Notes: generated from the letters alone by a model not told the origin. DNA of 64,000 nt from an uncultured Acidobacteriota bacterium (GCA_963828465.1 CAWHEU010000013.1:1-64000); one strand, 5' to 3'; counted from the first letter of the stretch, positions 54,209-63,603 are shown. Numbers and translations are program-made.

Positions 54209-55642
54209 ATGCAGCGCCACACCAAGATCATCGCGACGCTCGGGCCCGCCGTGGCCTCGGCTTCCGGGATCCTGGCCTTGGTCGAAGCAGGGATCGATGT
54301 CGCCCGGCTCAACTTCTCGCACGGCGAGCACGAGATCCATCGCGCCATGGCCGGCTGGGTGCGCGATGCCTCCAAGGAGACCGGGCGAACTGTGGCCCTC
54401 ATGCAGGACATACAGGGGCCCAAGCTGCGTGTCGGCGAGTTCGCGGAAGGGAAGGTGACGTTGGAGCCCGGGCGGGAGGTGACTCTGGTGGCCGATGGGG
54501 CAGTGGGCAACGCCAACGTGATCCCGGTGGGGTACGAGCCATTGCTGCAGGACGTCGTGCCCGGGGACCGGGTGCAGCTCGCCGATGGGCTCATCCGGTG
54601 CGAGGTGGTGGAGCGGACCGAAGCCGGCCTCGTCGCCGCAGTACGGGTTGGCGGGGTCCTCTCGGACCACAAGGGAGTGGCCTTCCCCGACAGCAAGCTG
54701 ACCCTGGAGATCATCACTCCCAAGGATGAGGTCGACCTCGCATTCGGGCGAGAGTTGGGGGTCGACTACGTCGCTGCATCGTTCGTTCGCAGCGGTGACG
54801 ACGTCCGGAGCGTGGCCCAGCTGGCCGGCGAAGCGCCGATCGTTGCCAAGATCGAGCTCGCCCAGGCATACGAGAACCTCGATGACATCATCGGGCCCTC
54901 CGCGGCGGTCATGGTGGCCCGAGGCGACCTCGGGGTTCAGTTGCCGCTGGAGAGGATCCCCCTCATCCAGGCCGAGATCCTCAAGAAGACGAATGCGGCG
55001 GGCCGCATCTCGATCACGGCGACCGAGATGCTCGAATCCATGACCAAGAGCCCCCGGCCCACCAGGGCTGAAGTGACCGACGTCGCCAATGCAGTGATGG
55101 CCGGCACCGACGCCGTGATGTTGTCGGGTGAGACCGCCGTTGGTGATTACCCGGTGGAGACGGTGACCGCCATGGCATCGATCTGTGTGGCGATGGAGGA
55201 GGGCACGCTTTCGACTCGCGGGCACCACTCCATACCGTTCGTCGGCGACGGCAACACGGTGGCATCGGCCGTTTCCCAAGCGGCCACCGAGATCGCGGTC
55301 AACCTGGAAGCCCAGACCATCGTGGCCTTCACCGAGTCGGGGAACACCGCCCGGCTGATCTCCAAGTACCGCCCCGAGGCGCGGATCGTGGCCTTCACCC
55401 CCAACGAGTCGACCCTCCACCAGATGGCCCTCTACTGGGGAGTCAGCCCTCACCCCTTCGAGCGCCGCACCTATACCGACGAGGAACTGGCCGCGGCCGC
55501 CGACATCCTCGAGCGGGAAGACGTGGTCAGGAGGGGCGATCGAGTGGTCATGGTGGCTGGGGTGCCACCGAATGTGCAGGCCTCCACCAACCTGGTCAAG
55601 GTCCATGTGATCGGCGAGACCTCCGGCGGCCTGGGGTCCTGA
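54209..55642 (+). CDS. pyk: Pyruvate kinase
   Basis: TKIIATLGP, RLNFSHG, MVARGDLG, PTRAEVTDVANA, MLSGETA. Confidence 0.98.
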   Translation: MQRHTKIIATLGPAVASASGILALVEAGIDVARLNFSHGEHEIHRAMAGWVRDASKETGRTVALMQDIQGPKLRVGEFAEGKVTLEPGREVTLVADGAVGNANVIPVGYEPLLQDVVPGDRVQLADGLIRCEVVERTEAGLVAAVRVGGVLSDHKGVAFPDSKLTLEIITPKDEVDLAFGRELGVDYVAASFVRSGDDVRSVAQLAGEAPIVAKIELAQAYENLDDIIGPSAAVMVARGDLGVQLPLERIPLIQAEILKKTNAAGRISITATEMLESMTKSPRPTRAEVTDVANAVMAGTDAVMLSGETAVGDYPVETVTAMASICVAMEEGTLSTRGHHSIPFVGDGNTVASAVSQAATEIAVNLEAQTIVAFTESGNTARLISKYRPEARIVAFTPNESTLHQMALYWGVSPHPFERRTYTDEELAAAADILEREDVVRRGDRVVMVAGVPPNVQASTNLVKVHVIGETSGGLGS

Positions 55643-55647
55643 AATCT

Positions 55648-55691
55648 CCCCCTCCGTCGCCTCCGGCGACACCTCCCCCTACGGGGGAGGA
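55648..55691. repeat. REP-like twin-hairpin element
   Basis: GTCGCC-tcc-GGCGAC followed by CCTCCCCC-tac-GGGGGAGG. Confidence 0.6.
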
Positions 55692-55709
55692 ACTACCCTG
55701 CCGACCCTC

Positions 55710-56003
55710 ATGGGCCAGACCGTCGTCGTCAACGAGGTGAAGGAGCTCGGCGACGTCCTGCTCATCGATACCGATCGGAGCTTCACCGGCCAGGATGGGA
55801 TCGCCATGACGCCGTCCAGTCGGGGTGGGAGTGTTCCCGGTGTTCTCGCCGACCAACTGTTCGACCTTGGTCTGGGCGTCGATCACGTCTACGTGCTGCA
55901 GAATACTGTCACCGTGAAGCGCCCCGGGGGTTGGGACGAGGAGAGCAAAGCCGCGATCACCTCGATCGTGGAGAGCTTCCTGCGCTTCTACGACGAATCC
56001 TGA
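55710..56003 (+). CDS. Small protein resembling a stand-alone Nfu/NifU N-terminal (scaffold) domain
   Basis: TDRSFTGQ, LADQLF..GVDHVYVLQNTVTVKR...W. Confidence 0.6.
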   Translation: MGQTVVVNEVKELGDVLLIDTDRSFTGQDGIAMTPSSRGGSVPGVLADQLFDLGLGVDHVYVLQNTVTVKRPGGWDEESKAAITSIVESFLRFYDES

Positions 56004-56009
56004 CCGAGG

Positions 56010-57995
56010 TCAGGGAGTAGTGGGCGGTGTTGTCGCAGGCGGCACCGTGGTCGGCGGGACGGTCGTCGTCGGCGGGACAGTCGTCGGAGGGGGCACGGTG
56101 GTCGGTGGAACCGTCGTCGGGGGGACCGTGGTCGTAGTCGGGCAGGCAGTGGAGGTTCCCGGGACCATGCACGGGTGGACCTCGTAAACAGCGAACCTGG
56201 GGGCGTAGCGCACCGTCCACTCCTGTTCCGAGACCACTTCGTTCTCGTCGCCGCCGAGCAGGATGCGCCGCGTAACGGTCACGCTCCAACCTCCTAGCTC
56301 GGTCTGCGTCTGGTCCTCCTCGTTGATGCCCAAATCCGGGTTCGGCTCATACCGGGGCTCTGGCGGATCGGTCTCAGCGAAGCGATCGGAGACCGATCCT
56401 TTGACGTGGAGGGCGTTTGGCCCGCCTTCGGTGTCCACCCAGGCCCGGCTCTCGCCATCCGATTGCTCGCCCTTCAGAGTTCTGCCGTCGTTCTCCCCGA
56501 ATATCCGCACGGTGATCGAGGTGTCGGAGTAGGTGGTGTCGATGAGGATGCCGTTGTCGGTGTTGTTGCGGAACTTGAGGTCGGGGGTTCGCCAGTTGAG
56601 GGTGGCCTCGACGCCTTCGGGATACCTGGAGAAGTAGTAGGAGTGGGGCTTGTGCTCGACGTCCTCGTAGCCACCCCAGAACACAGCGTTGTACATCGTC
56701 GTCGTGAACTGGCTGACCCCGCCGCCGACGGTGTCCTCGACCTCACCGGCGATGATGGTGCCGGCAGGGAGGTAGCCGTCCTCCAGAGTCCTCTGGCCGA
56801 CATGGTCGTTGAGGCTGAATGTCTGTCCGGAGCCCACGATGGCCCCGTCGACCTCGTCGGCGATCGTGTGAATGTTCACAACACGGTCCTGACAGCAGTC
56901 GTAGTAGGTGGTGAATTGCGCCACGAGGTGGTTGATGTTGAGGCTCTCCAGATCGTCGGTCGTGACATCGGGCTCCGCGGCCTCGACCAGCGGCAGCTCC
57001 CCGATGCGCTCCGCGGTCATCGCCGCATCCGCCAGCCTCACGGCGGTCTCCTCGGCATCGATCTGGGTGCCGCTGGCGCCTGGGACAATCGAGATGCTGT
57101 CACCAGAGATCTCGAACGTCGCGTCCACCGGCTCCGCCTCGACCTGGTCTCGTATCGAGTCCAGGTAACTGTCGATCAGCTCAGGGTCGAAGGAGTTGAC
57201 GATGCGCGGCTCACTCTCGGTGACCGTCTCGGATCGGAAGGACTCGGTCAACTGGTCGACGGTGAAGACCACATCGACGTCTTCATGGTCGAGCTGGATC
57301 GGCTCGACGAGCATTGCTTGAGCCTGATCGACGGCACGGTCTACGTCTTCATCAGTGAGCACCGGCACGACGGTCGTTGTCGGGATCGAAGTGTGCTCCG
57401 GCTCGAGAGCGAGAAGGCTTGTCTCGACGATGGCCCGGGCCGCCGGTCGGTCGACGCCGGTGCCGACCTCGGGGTAGACAGCAGTCGGGCGGCCATCGGT
57501 GAGAATCACTCCACCCGGTGACGGGGGAAGGGCAATCACCTCGGCGTCCCAGGTGTCGAACACCTCCCCGATAGCCACGTCGTCTATCGAACCTCTGACG
57601 GGCACGTGCACCGTGTCGAATATGTGGCTGATCCACCAGGCGAACTCGGAGATCACGTTGCCGTTGCGCCCCACCAGCAGCGCCTCATCGGCGATCGCCT
57701 GCTCGTTGATGTCGAGCCCGGCCTCAGGGGGCTGCATGCTGACGAACTTGCCCTCGATGTTGAAGACGGCCGGCCGGCCCAGGTATTCCTCCTCCACCGC
57801 CACCAACGCGCTCAGGGCTTGCTCCTCGTCGAGACCGCCGATCTGGGTGTCGGAGACCTCCACACGGCCCATCACCTCACCTCGGGAAGCCAGGCGGGTC
57901 AGGCCGTAGGCGGTGAGCAAGAGCAGCACGAGACCGGCCACACCCACGATGAGCGCGCCAAGCGGAGTCCTGACTGCGGAGAGATGCTTTTTCAT
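56010..57995 (-). CDS. VanW-family protein with peptidoglycan-binding-like repeats and Pro/Thr tail
   Basis: N-terminal TM; FSLNDHVGQRT, VGGGVSQFTTTMYNA, HSYYFSRYPEG.EAT, DLKFRN. Confidence 0.9.
   Translation of the reverse strand: MKKHLSAVRTPLGALIVGVAGLVLLLLTAYGLTRLASRGEVMGRVEVSDTQIGGLDEEQALSALVAVEEEYLGRPAVFNIEGKFVSMQPPEAGLDINEQAIADEALLVGRNGNVISEFAWWISHIFDTVHVPVRGSIDDVAIGEVFDTWDAEVIALPPSPGGVILTDGRPTAVYPEVGTGVDRPAARAIVETSLLALEPEHTSIPTTTVVPVLTDEDVDRAVDQAQAMLVEPIQLDHEDVDVVFTVDQLTESFRSETVTESEPRIVNSFDPELIDSYLDSIRDQVEAEPVDATFEISGDSISIVPGASGTQIDAEETAVRLADAAMTAERIGELPLVEAAEPDVTTDDLESLNINHLVAQFTTYYDCCQDRVVNIHTIADEVDGAIVGSGQTFSLNDHVGQRTLEDGYLPAGTIIAGEVEDTVGGGVSQFTTTMYNAVFWGGYEDVEHKPHSYYFSRYPEGVEATLNWRTPDLKFRNNTDNGILIDTTYSDTSITVRIFGENDGRTLKGEQSDGESRAWVDTEGGPNALHVKGSVSDRFAETDPPEPRYEPNPDLGINEEDQTQTELGGWSVTVTRRILLGGDENEVVSEQEWTVRYAPRFAVYEVHPCMVPGTSTACPTTTTVPPTTVPPTTVPPPTTVPPTTTVPPTTVPPATTPPTTP
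56016..56140 (-). repeat. Coding 15/18-nt tandem repeat, (TTVPP)n
   Basis: PTTTTVPPTTVPPTTVPPPTTVPPTTTVPPTTVPPATTPPTTP. Confidence 0.85.
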
Positions 57996-58099
57996 GGAAG
58001 GCCGCCCCAAAACGACCTTTTGCCCGGGGCCAGCGATGGTAATGAGCAGTCCGCCGTTATCCGAAAATGTGACAGGACCGCTCTGTACTCTCGATTCGA

Positions 58100-58876
58100 G
58101 TGACGATCCGATTCCCGGAAATGGTTCATGGGGAAGCCCTCAAGGTCTCGGCGTCGACCTACGTCACCTTCAAGAAATGCCCTGCCCAGGCCGGGGCGAG
58201 GCTGCAGGGAATCTATGGCCCGGAGAGCCGTCAGTCCTTCCTCGGCATCCTTGCCCATCGGATCTTCAGCCGGCATCTGACCTCGGGCTCGATCCCGTCC
58301 GATGATTTTGTGCAGGCATGTCGTGAGGAGATCGGCGGCTCGAGCCTGAACCACAAGATGGCGGACCTCGAAATGCGTCCGTCCGCCCTGGCTGCCGTCA
58401 TCGAGGAGGTCCGTGGCCTCTACGAGCGTTTCACACGGCTGCCCTCCGAAGGGTTCGAAGGCTCCGAGCACAACCTCGAGGCGAACGTGGCCGAAGGTGT
58501 GGATTTGATGGGCACAGTCGATGCGGTTTACCGCGAGGATCTCGGTGGGTTCCGCCTTGTGGACTGGAAGACAGGCGAGCTCACCGATCCCGAGGATCAG
58601 CTTCTGTTCTATGCGCTCTTGTGGCTGCTCGACAGTGGGGAGTTGCCGGCCTACGTAGAAGCGGTATCGGTTAGGACAGGGGAGCGGTATCGAACTGTGC
58701 CCTCATCAGCAGACGCGGGGAGGGTGGCCGCCGAGATCGCTGAGCTGGTCGATCTCCTTCGCAACGCCTGGGCGACCGGCGCCGATCTTCCCCGGACCGG
58801 TGGTCCCTGGTGCCGGTATTGCCCGCTTCTCGAGGACTGTGAGGAGGGGAAATCGGTCGGGGCGCTGCTCGATTAA
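58100..58876 (+). CDS. PD-(D/E)XK nuclease (RecB/AddB/Cas4-like) with four-Cys motif
   Basis: VSASTY..FKKCP, GTVDAV, LVDWKTG, QLLFYA, CRYCPLLEDC. Confidence 0.88.
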   Translation: MTIRFPEMVHGEALKVSASTYVTFKKCPAQAGARLQGIYGPESRQSFLGILAHRIFSRHLTSGSIPSDDFVQACREEIGGSSLNHKMADLEMRPSALAAVIEEVRGLYERFTRLPSEGFEGSEHNLEANVAEGVDLMGTVDAVYREDLGGFRLVDWKTGELTDPEDQLLFYALLWLLDSGELPAYVEAVSVRTGERYRTVPSSADAGRVAAEIAELVDLLRNAWATGADLPRTGGPWCRYCPLLEDCEEGKSVGALLD

Positions 58877-58899
58877 CAACACCCCGACCGAGATGCCGA

Positions 58900-58959
58900 T
58901 CAGCAGCAGCGAATTCCGTCGCCGCCGCCACAGCAGTCGCTGTCATCGAGAAGGATCAT
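58900..58959 (-). CDS. 19-aa Cys-rich micropeptide MILLDDSDCCGGGDGIRCC
   Basis: RBS AAGGGAG 6 nt before ATG; two CC pairs; divergent from arsR. Confidence 0.65.
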   Translation of the reverse strand: MILLDDSDCCGGGDGIRCC

Positions 58960-58974
58960 CACTACTCCCTTCGT

Positions 58975-59026
58975 ATCGATGATCTTCGATACATTGATCC
59001 TTGTCGATATATCGACTAATGTCAAT
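58975..59026. promoter_or_regulatory. Three 16-bp palindromes ATYGA-N6-TCRAT (probable ArsR operators)
   Basis: ATCGATGATCTTCGAT (58975), ATTGATCCTTGTCGAT (58993), ATCGACTAATGTCAAT (59011); 18-bp period. Confidence 0.8.
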
Positions 59027-59362
59027 ATGAGAATGGAATGTTGTGAGCCGCTGTTTGGCGGGGTCCTGGAGGAGGAGGGAGCTACACGGACTGCTGCCAT
59101 GTTTGCCGCGTTGGCGGATCCGGTCCGTCTCAGGATCGTCTCGATGCTGGCGGCCGCTCCAGAGGGGACGGCCTGTGGCTGCGAGCTGGAAGACCCGCTC
59201 GGGCTGGCTCAGCCGACCGTGTCCCACCATCTCCGCATCCTGCGCGAAGCCGGCCTCGTCGTTGGAGAGAGGCGGGGGCGATGGGTCCATTACCGCGTCG
59301 TCCCGGAACGTCTCGATGAGATCAGGGACGCCCTCAGCCCACCCGTCCTAGACCCCGTCTAG
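59027..59362 (+). CDS. ArsR/SmtB metal(loid)-sensing repressor
   Basis: N-terminal CC, FAALADPVRLRI, ACGC, QPTVSHHLRILREAGLV; start 59027 or 59033. Confidence 0.93.
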   Translation: MRMECCEPLFGGVLEEEGATRTAAMFAALADPVRLRIVSMLAAAPEGTACGCELEDPLGLAQPTVSHHLRILREAGLVVGERRGRWVHYRVVPERLDEIRDALSPPVLDPV

Positions 59363-59913
59363 CTCTCTTCGAGCATCTCGAGCAGGCGGGTCACTGTGTT
59401 CCAGTTGCGGGCGGTGCCGGTCACGCCGAGGACCTTCTCGAAATAGCTCAGGTCGAGCTTGGAGCGCCCCGAGCCGGCGGGGCCGTATTGAACGAATATC
59501 TCCTGGCCCTCGACAGAGAACCGGTCGGCAGGTGAGCGATCAGGATCGAGCGCGACCACCCGGTCGTGAGCCGGCACCGATTCGAGGAAGACCGCATGAA
59601 CCATCGTGGGGTTGATATCCGGCCCGAGGAAGGGGTTGGCCAGGACCGTATTCGCCATCCCATTCCGGTCCCGGACAATGACACGGATAGTCAATCCGAG
59701 ACTGTCGCTGATCACCTTTTCGATGAGCCCGGCAACTGCATCGGAATCGCCGGACGGGGGAGTCACGATCACGTTCCCGCTCTGGAGATGCGTCCGGACA
59801 TCGCCCAGGCCCTGCAGCTCGAGCAATGATCTGAGCTCGGCCATCGGCACCCTGACCCCTCCCACATTGACTCCGCGGAGGAGCGCAACCACACGCTCCG
59901 GAGTCTCAGGCAT
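59359..59913 (-). CDS. DUF1697 protein
   Basis: VALLRGVNVGG, VRTHLQSGNV, TARNWNTV. Confidence 0.9.
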   Translation of the reverse strand: MPETPERVVALLRGVNVGGVRVPMAELRSLLELQGLGDVRTHLQSGNVIVTPPSGDSDAVAGLIEKVISDSLGLTIRVIVRDRNGMANTVLANPFLGPDINPTMVHAVFLESVPAHDRVVALDPDRSPADRFSVEGQEIFVQYGPAGSGRSKLDLSYFEKVLGVTGTARNWNTVTRLLEMLEES

Positions 59914-60788
59914 CGAGCTCCGACCGGTAATGCGCCGAACCGGGACCGATCGGGGCACGAACTCCACGATGCTCCCATTCACCACCGAGTGCGGTCGAGA
60001 CCACCTCTTCGGAGTTGCTCGGTTGGGCGCCAAAGGTCGGGTCGATCGCCGTCGGTCCTTCGACGATGGTGTTGGTCAACGCCCCGAGGCCCTCCACCGT
60101 GACCGTCACCACGTCTCCGGGGTCAACCGGTCTCGACCCGGCCGGGGTCCCGGAGAGGATGATGTCCCCGGGCAACAGCGTGATGGTGCGAGCCAGATCC
60201 GCCACGAGATACCCCATGTCCCATTCCATCTCGTCGGTGGACCCTTCCTGGCGGATCTCACCGTTCACATGCGTCGTGATTTCCTTTCCCCTGAATGTCC
60301 CAGTCGGTGACGAGCCCGGGGCCGATCGGGCAGAGTGTGTCAGAGCCCTTGACCCGGAGCATCGAGCCGGCGTCGGTGTCACGGAAGTCGTGCAGCCCGA
60401 AGTCGTTGGCGATGGTGTATCCGGCGATCCGTGATTCGGCTTCGCGGATCGAGACATTGCGACATGTCTCCCCGATGACGATGGCGATCTCCCCCTCGTA
60501 GTTGAGGTACCGGCAACCTTCGGGCCGGACCACGCTGCCGCCGTGGGAGTTCAGCGCACTCGTCGGCTTCTGGAAATAGGTAGGCGCCGGAGGGAGCTTC
60601 GTCATGAACTCCTCCACGCGGCTGCGGTAATTGAGGTGAACGGCGATGATCTTCGACGGCTCGACCGGAGGGAGGTGAATCGCCTGCTCGGCCGGGACCC
60701 TGTGTCCGTCATCCGCCACGAGCTCCTCGCCTGCTCTGACGACCTGGGTGGCTACGCCGTCGAGCAGGATCCTTCGGTGTTCCGCCAT
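59906..60788 (-). CDS. Fumarylacetoacetate hydrolase family protein; +1 frameshift at about 60296-60301
   Basis: KIIAVHLNY, NYEGEIA, GYTIAND, KGSDTLCPIGP then LLPGDIILSGTP in the next frame. Confidence 0.88.
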
Positions 60789-60832
60789 CCGGCCCCACGG
60801 TACCCATGCAATGCCTGCGATCATGTGGGCAA

Positions 60833-62098
60833 ATGTCCCTGAGCACCCTTCACCAGGACCCCCGTGAGGCCCACGCCGACATCACATCACATGACACCTT
60901 CGTGCGGTCCGTTCCCCATGCCACCTTCGCCCGTATGCGCCGCGAGGAGCCGGTGGCCTGGGTCGAGGAGAGCGATGGCGAGGGCTTCTGGGCGCTGACC
61001 AAGCACGCCGACATCTCGGTGGCGAGCCGGGACTTCGGGAGATTCACCGCCTCGAGGGGGATCAGGATCGAGCAGATGGCGCCCGACGAGCTCGAGGCAC
61101 GACGAACCATGATGGAGTTCGACCCTCCGGAGCACGCCAGGCTGAGGCGGCTCGTCCAACCCGGTTTCACACCCAAGGTGGTGGCGACCTACGAGAGCGC
61201 GTTCCGGACCCTGGCCGGCCAGGTCCTCGACCGTGTCCTCTCTCTCGGAGAGTTCGACTTCGTCACCGAGATCGCCCGGGAGCTGCCGATCCGCCTTCTC
61301 TGCCGCCTTCTCGGCGTCCCCGAGACGGACGCCCAGCAGTTGGTGGCCTGGGGGGACCAGATGATCTCCAACGCCGACCCCGAGTACACCCCGGTGGTGA
61401 TCGACAAGATGGACACGGAGGAATACCGGCTGCTCCCGTTTCGATCCCCGGCTGCCCTCGAAGTCTTTCGCTATGCCGAGGAGATTGCACTGGAACGGCG
61501 AAGCAACCCGGCCGACGACATCGTGACGGTGCTCCTCACGGCCGAACCGGACGGGCAGCCCCTGACCGACCTGGAGTTCAAGAACTTCTTCACCCTCATG
61601 ATGGTCGCCGGGAACGAGACGACCCGGCACACCATCAGCCACGGTCTCATCTATCTCCTCGAACATCGCGACCAGTTGGAACAACTGCGCGAGGACCCGG
61701 CGCGTCTCTCAGCGCCGGCCACTGAGGAGATCCTCCGCACATCGTCGGTGACCATGCATTTCCGGCGCACCGCCACCGAGGACGTGGCGTTGCGGGGGAG
61801 GACCATCCGGTCCGGAGACCGGGTCGTCATGTGGTACCCATCGGCGAATCACGACGAGGAGGTGTTCGACAGCCCGTTCACCTTCGACATCCGTCGCCAA
61901 CCAAACGACCATCTGACCTTTGGCACGGGCCGTCACGTTTGCCTCGGCGCCTCCTTGGCCCGTCTCGAGGTGCGGGTCGTGTTCGAGGAGCTCTTGACAC
62001 GGGTTGCCTCGATCGAGATCACCGGTCCGCCCGATCGTCTTCGCTCCAACTTCATCAACGGGATCAAGCATCTCCCGGTCAGGGTGACGACGGTCTGA
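60833..62098 (+). CDS. Cytochrome P450 (CYP124/125/142-like clan)
   Basis: DPPEHARLR, AGNETT, EEILR, FGTGRHVCLG. Confidence 0.95.
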   Translation: MSLSTLHQDPREAHADITSHDTFVRSVPHATFARMRREEPVAWVEESDGEGFWALTKHADISVASRDFGRFTASRGIRIEQMAPDELEARRTMMEFDPPEHARLRRLVQPGFTPKVVATYESAFRTLAGQVLDRVLSLGEFDFVTEIARELPIRLLCRLLGVPETDAQQLVAWGDQMISNADPEYTPVVIDKMDTEEYRLLPFRSPAALEVFRYAEEIALERRSNPADDIVTVLLTAEPDGQPLTDLEFKNFFTLMMVAGNETTRHTISHGLIYLLEHRDQLEQLREDPARLSAPATEEILRTSSVTMHFRRTATEDVALRGRTIRSGDRVVMWYPSANHDEEVFDSPFTFDIRRQPNDHLTFGTGRHVCLGASLARLEVRVVFEELLTRVASIEITGPPDRLRSNFINGIKHLPVRVTTV

Positions 62099-62102
62099 CG
62101 CC

Positions 62103-62810
62103 CTAGACGTGGGTCAGCAAGAGCCCGATAGCGAGGGTTACCGTGGTCCAGGTGAGGAGGCGAAGTGGCTTCTCCCAGGTTTGCAGAAGCTGACCTCGAT
62201 CCCAGGACCGCTCCCCGTCGAACACAGTGACCGCCTCGCCGGTGCGTCTCCTGACAAAACGAGCAGGGGTGCTCAATGCCCGTTGCGCCAGGCTGAGGAG
62301 GCAGGCCATCGCAGCCATGACGATGACGGGCAGCGTGATCGTCATGGTCTGCGCCCAGTAGCCCACGAGGAGAGGGAACGCCCCCCAGGCCAGCCCGAAC
62401 CCGACGTCACTGTGTAAGAAGGGCCACTCCAGGGCGTAGCCAACTGCGAGGAAGATGCCCGCGATCGCCCAAAGCAGGACCCACGGTGAGACCACGAACG
62501 ACCCGACCACGGCGATCGCCAGCGACACGACCATGGCGCCGATGCCTACCGCCCACAACGCCCGGTCCGAGATGCGCGTCCCCAGAGGGCGGCTCTTCAC
62601 CTCGTCGAGGGCGTGGGCGCCCACACCGAGCCCTACGGCGAACGCAGCCAGGGTGCCGCCGAGGATGAGCCAATCGAGCTCTGCGGCGAGGGCGGCTCCG
62701 ATTGGGACATAGGAGAGATGCCACAACGTGTAGGGGACATGGAGGAGGGAGACGAAGTCCCCGGTCAGCGAGCCGGTAGGGGCGTAGAAGGCTGGGCGCC
62801 GATCGCTCAC
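62103..62810 (-). CDS. Multi-TM protein, possibly UbiA-prenyltransferase-like
   Basis: About 7 TM; LLHVPYTLWHLSY, AHALDEVKSRPL; GTGA overlap with methyltransferase. Confidence 0.6.
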   Translation of the reverse strand: MSDRRPAFYAPTGSLTGDFVSLLHVPYTLWHLSYVPIGAALAAELDWLILGGTLAAFAVGLGVGAHALDEVKSRPLGTRISDRALWAVGIGAMVVSLAIAVVGSFVVSPWVLLWAIAGIFLAVGYALEWPFLHSDVGFGLAWGAFPLLVGYWAQTMTITLPVIVMAAMACLLSLAQRALSTPARFVRRRTGEAVTVFDGERSWDRGQLLQTWEKPLRLLTWTTVTLAIGLLLTHV

Positions 62811-63514
62811 GAGCCTCCGACCTCGGAATGCTCTGGTTTGTGCGCCCACATGACGAGACCCCCGCCAAGGGAGAGGCGTTCGTACTGGACCCCGGCGAGA
62901 CCGGCTCTCTCCCAGATGAGGGCGAGCCGATCCGGCGGGTAGTTGTCAGCGAATTCCTCGATGCTCGGACCGAGGAACTTTCCTACCTCGGGCCAGCCCT
63001 CTCCGGCCAGGAGCCCGGCGACAGGCAGCACGAGACGGGTATAGAGCCACCACAACGGCCGCCAAATGCCCCGCGGCCGGCCGAATTCCACCATTCCGAC
63101 GCGGCCGCCCGGTCTCAGGGCACGGGTGATCTCGGTCAAGCAATCGCCCACGTCCCCCACGTAGCGGAGCAGGTAGCCGAAGGTGACGATGTCGAAGCGG
63201 GCATCGGGAAAAGGGAGCCACTCGGCGGACGCAAGCACCCCGGTTGCGCCTCGGGCGATGGCCGGTCCCAGCATCTGGGCACTCTGGTCGAGGGACGTCA
63301 CCGTTGCCCCTTCCTCCTGAAGGCGGCGGGTGATCGAGCCGGTCCCGGCGGCGATGTCGAGCGCGACATCCCCCGGGCGCGGGGCGATCACCTCGACCAT
63401 GTGGTCCCGCCAGCGACCGTCCTGTCCCATGCTGAGGATCCGGGCCCAGCGCTCGTATCCGGGCGCGAGGGGGGCGAACAAGGCCCGTGCGATGCGAGTG
63501 GGAGTGGCGGTCAC
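62807..63514 (-). CDS. UbiE/MenG-like class I SAM methyltransferase
   Basis: LSMGQDGRWR, LDIAAGTG, LPFPDARFDIVTFGYLLRYV, LRPGGR. Confidence 0.88.
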   Translation of the reverse strand: MTATPTRIARALFAPLAPGYERWARILSMGQDGRWRDHMVEVIAPRPGDVALDIAAGTGSITRRLQEEGATVTSLDQSAQMLGPAIARGATGVLASAEWLPFPDARFDIVTFGYLLRYVGDVGDCLTEITRALRPGGRVGMVEFGRPRGIWRPLWWLYTRLVLPVAGLLAGEGWPEVGKFLGPSIEEFADNYPPDRLALIWERAGLAGVQYERLSLGGGLVMWAHKPEHSEVGGS

Positions 63515-63603
63515 CGCCGGGACGGTACCGATCAATGGGCGAAGTGGTCATGCCACCCGGGTTGTATCTGGATCACAAGGTTTGACGTACCCGGGTTCGT
63601 GGA

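Noticed and set aside
56010-57995. Vancomycin-resistance cluster
   Set aside because: VanW domain alone; no vanHAX or vanRS
58100-59026. CRISPR-Cas locus (Cas4-like gene plus nearby repeats)
   Set aside because: The repeats are 16-bp palindromes with 2-nt gaps and no spacers; no cas1/cas2
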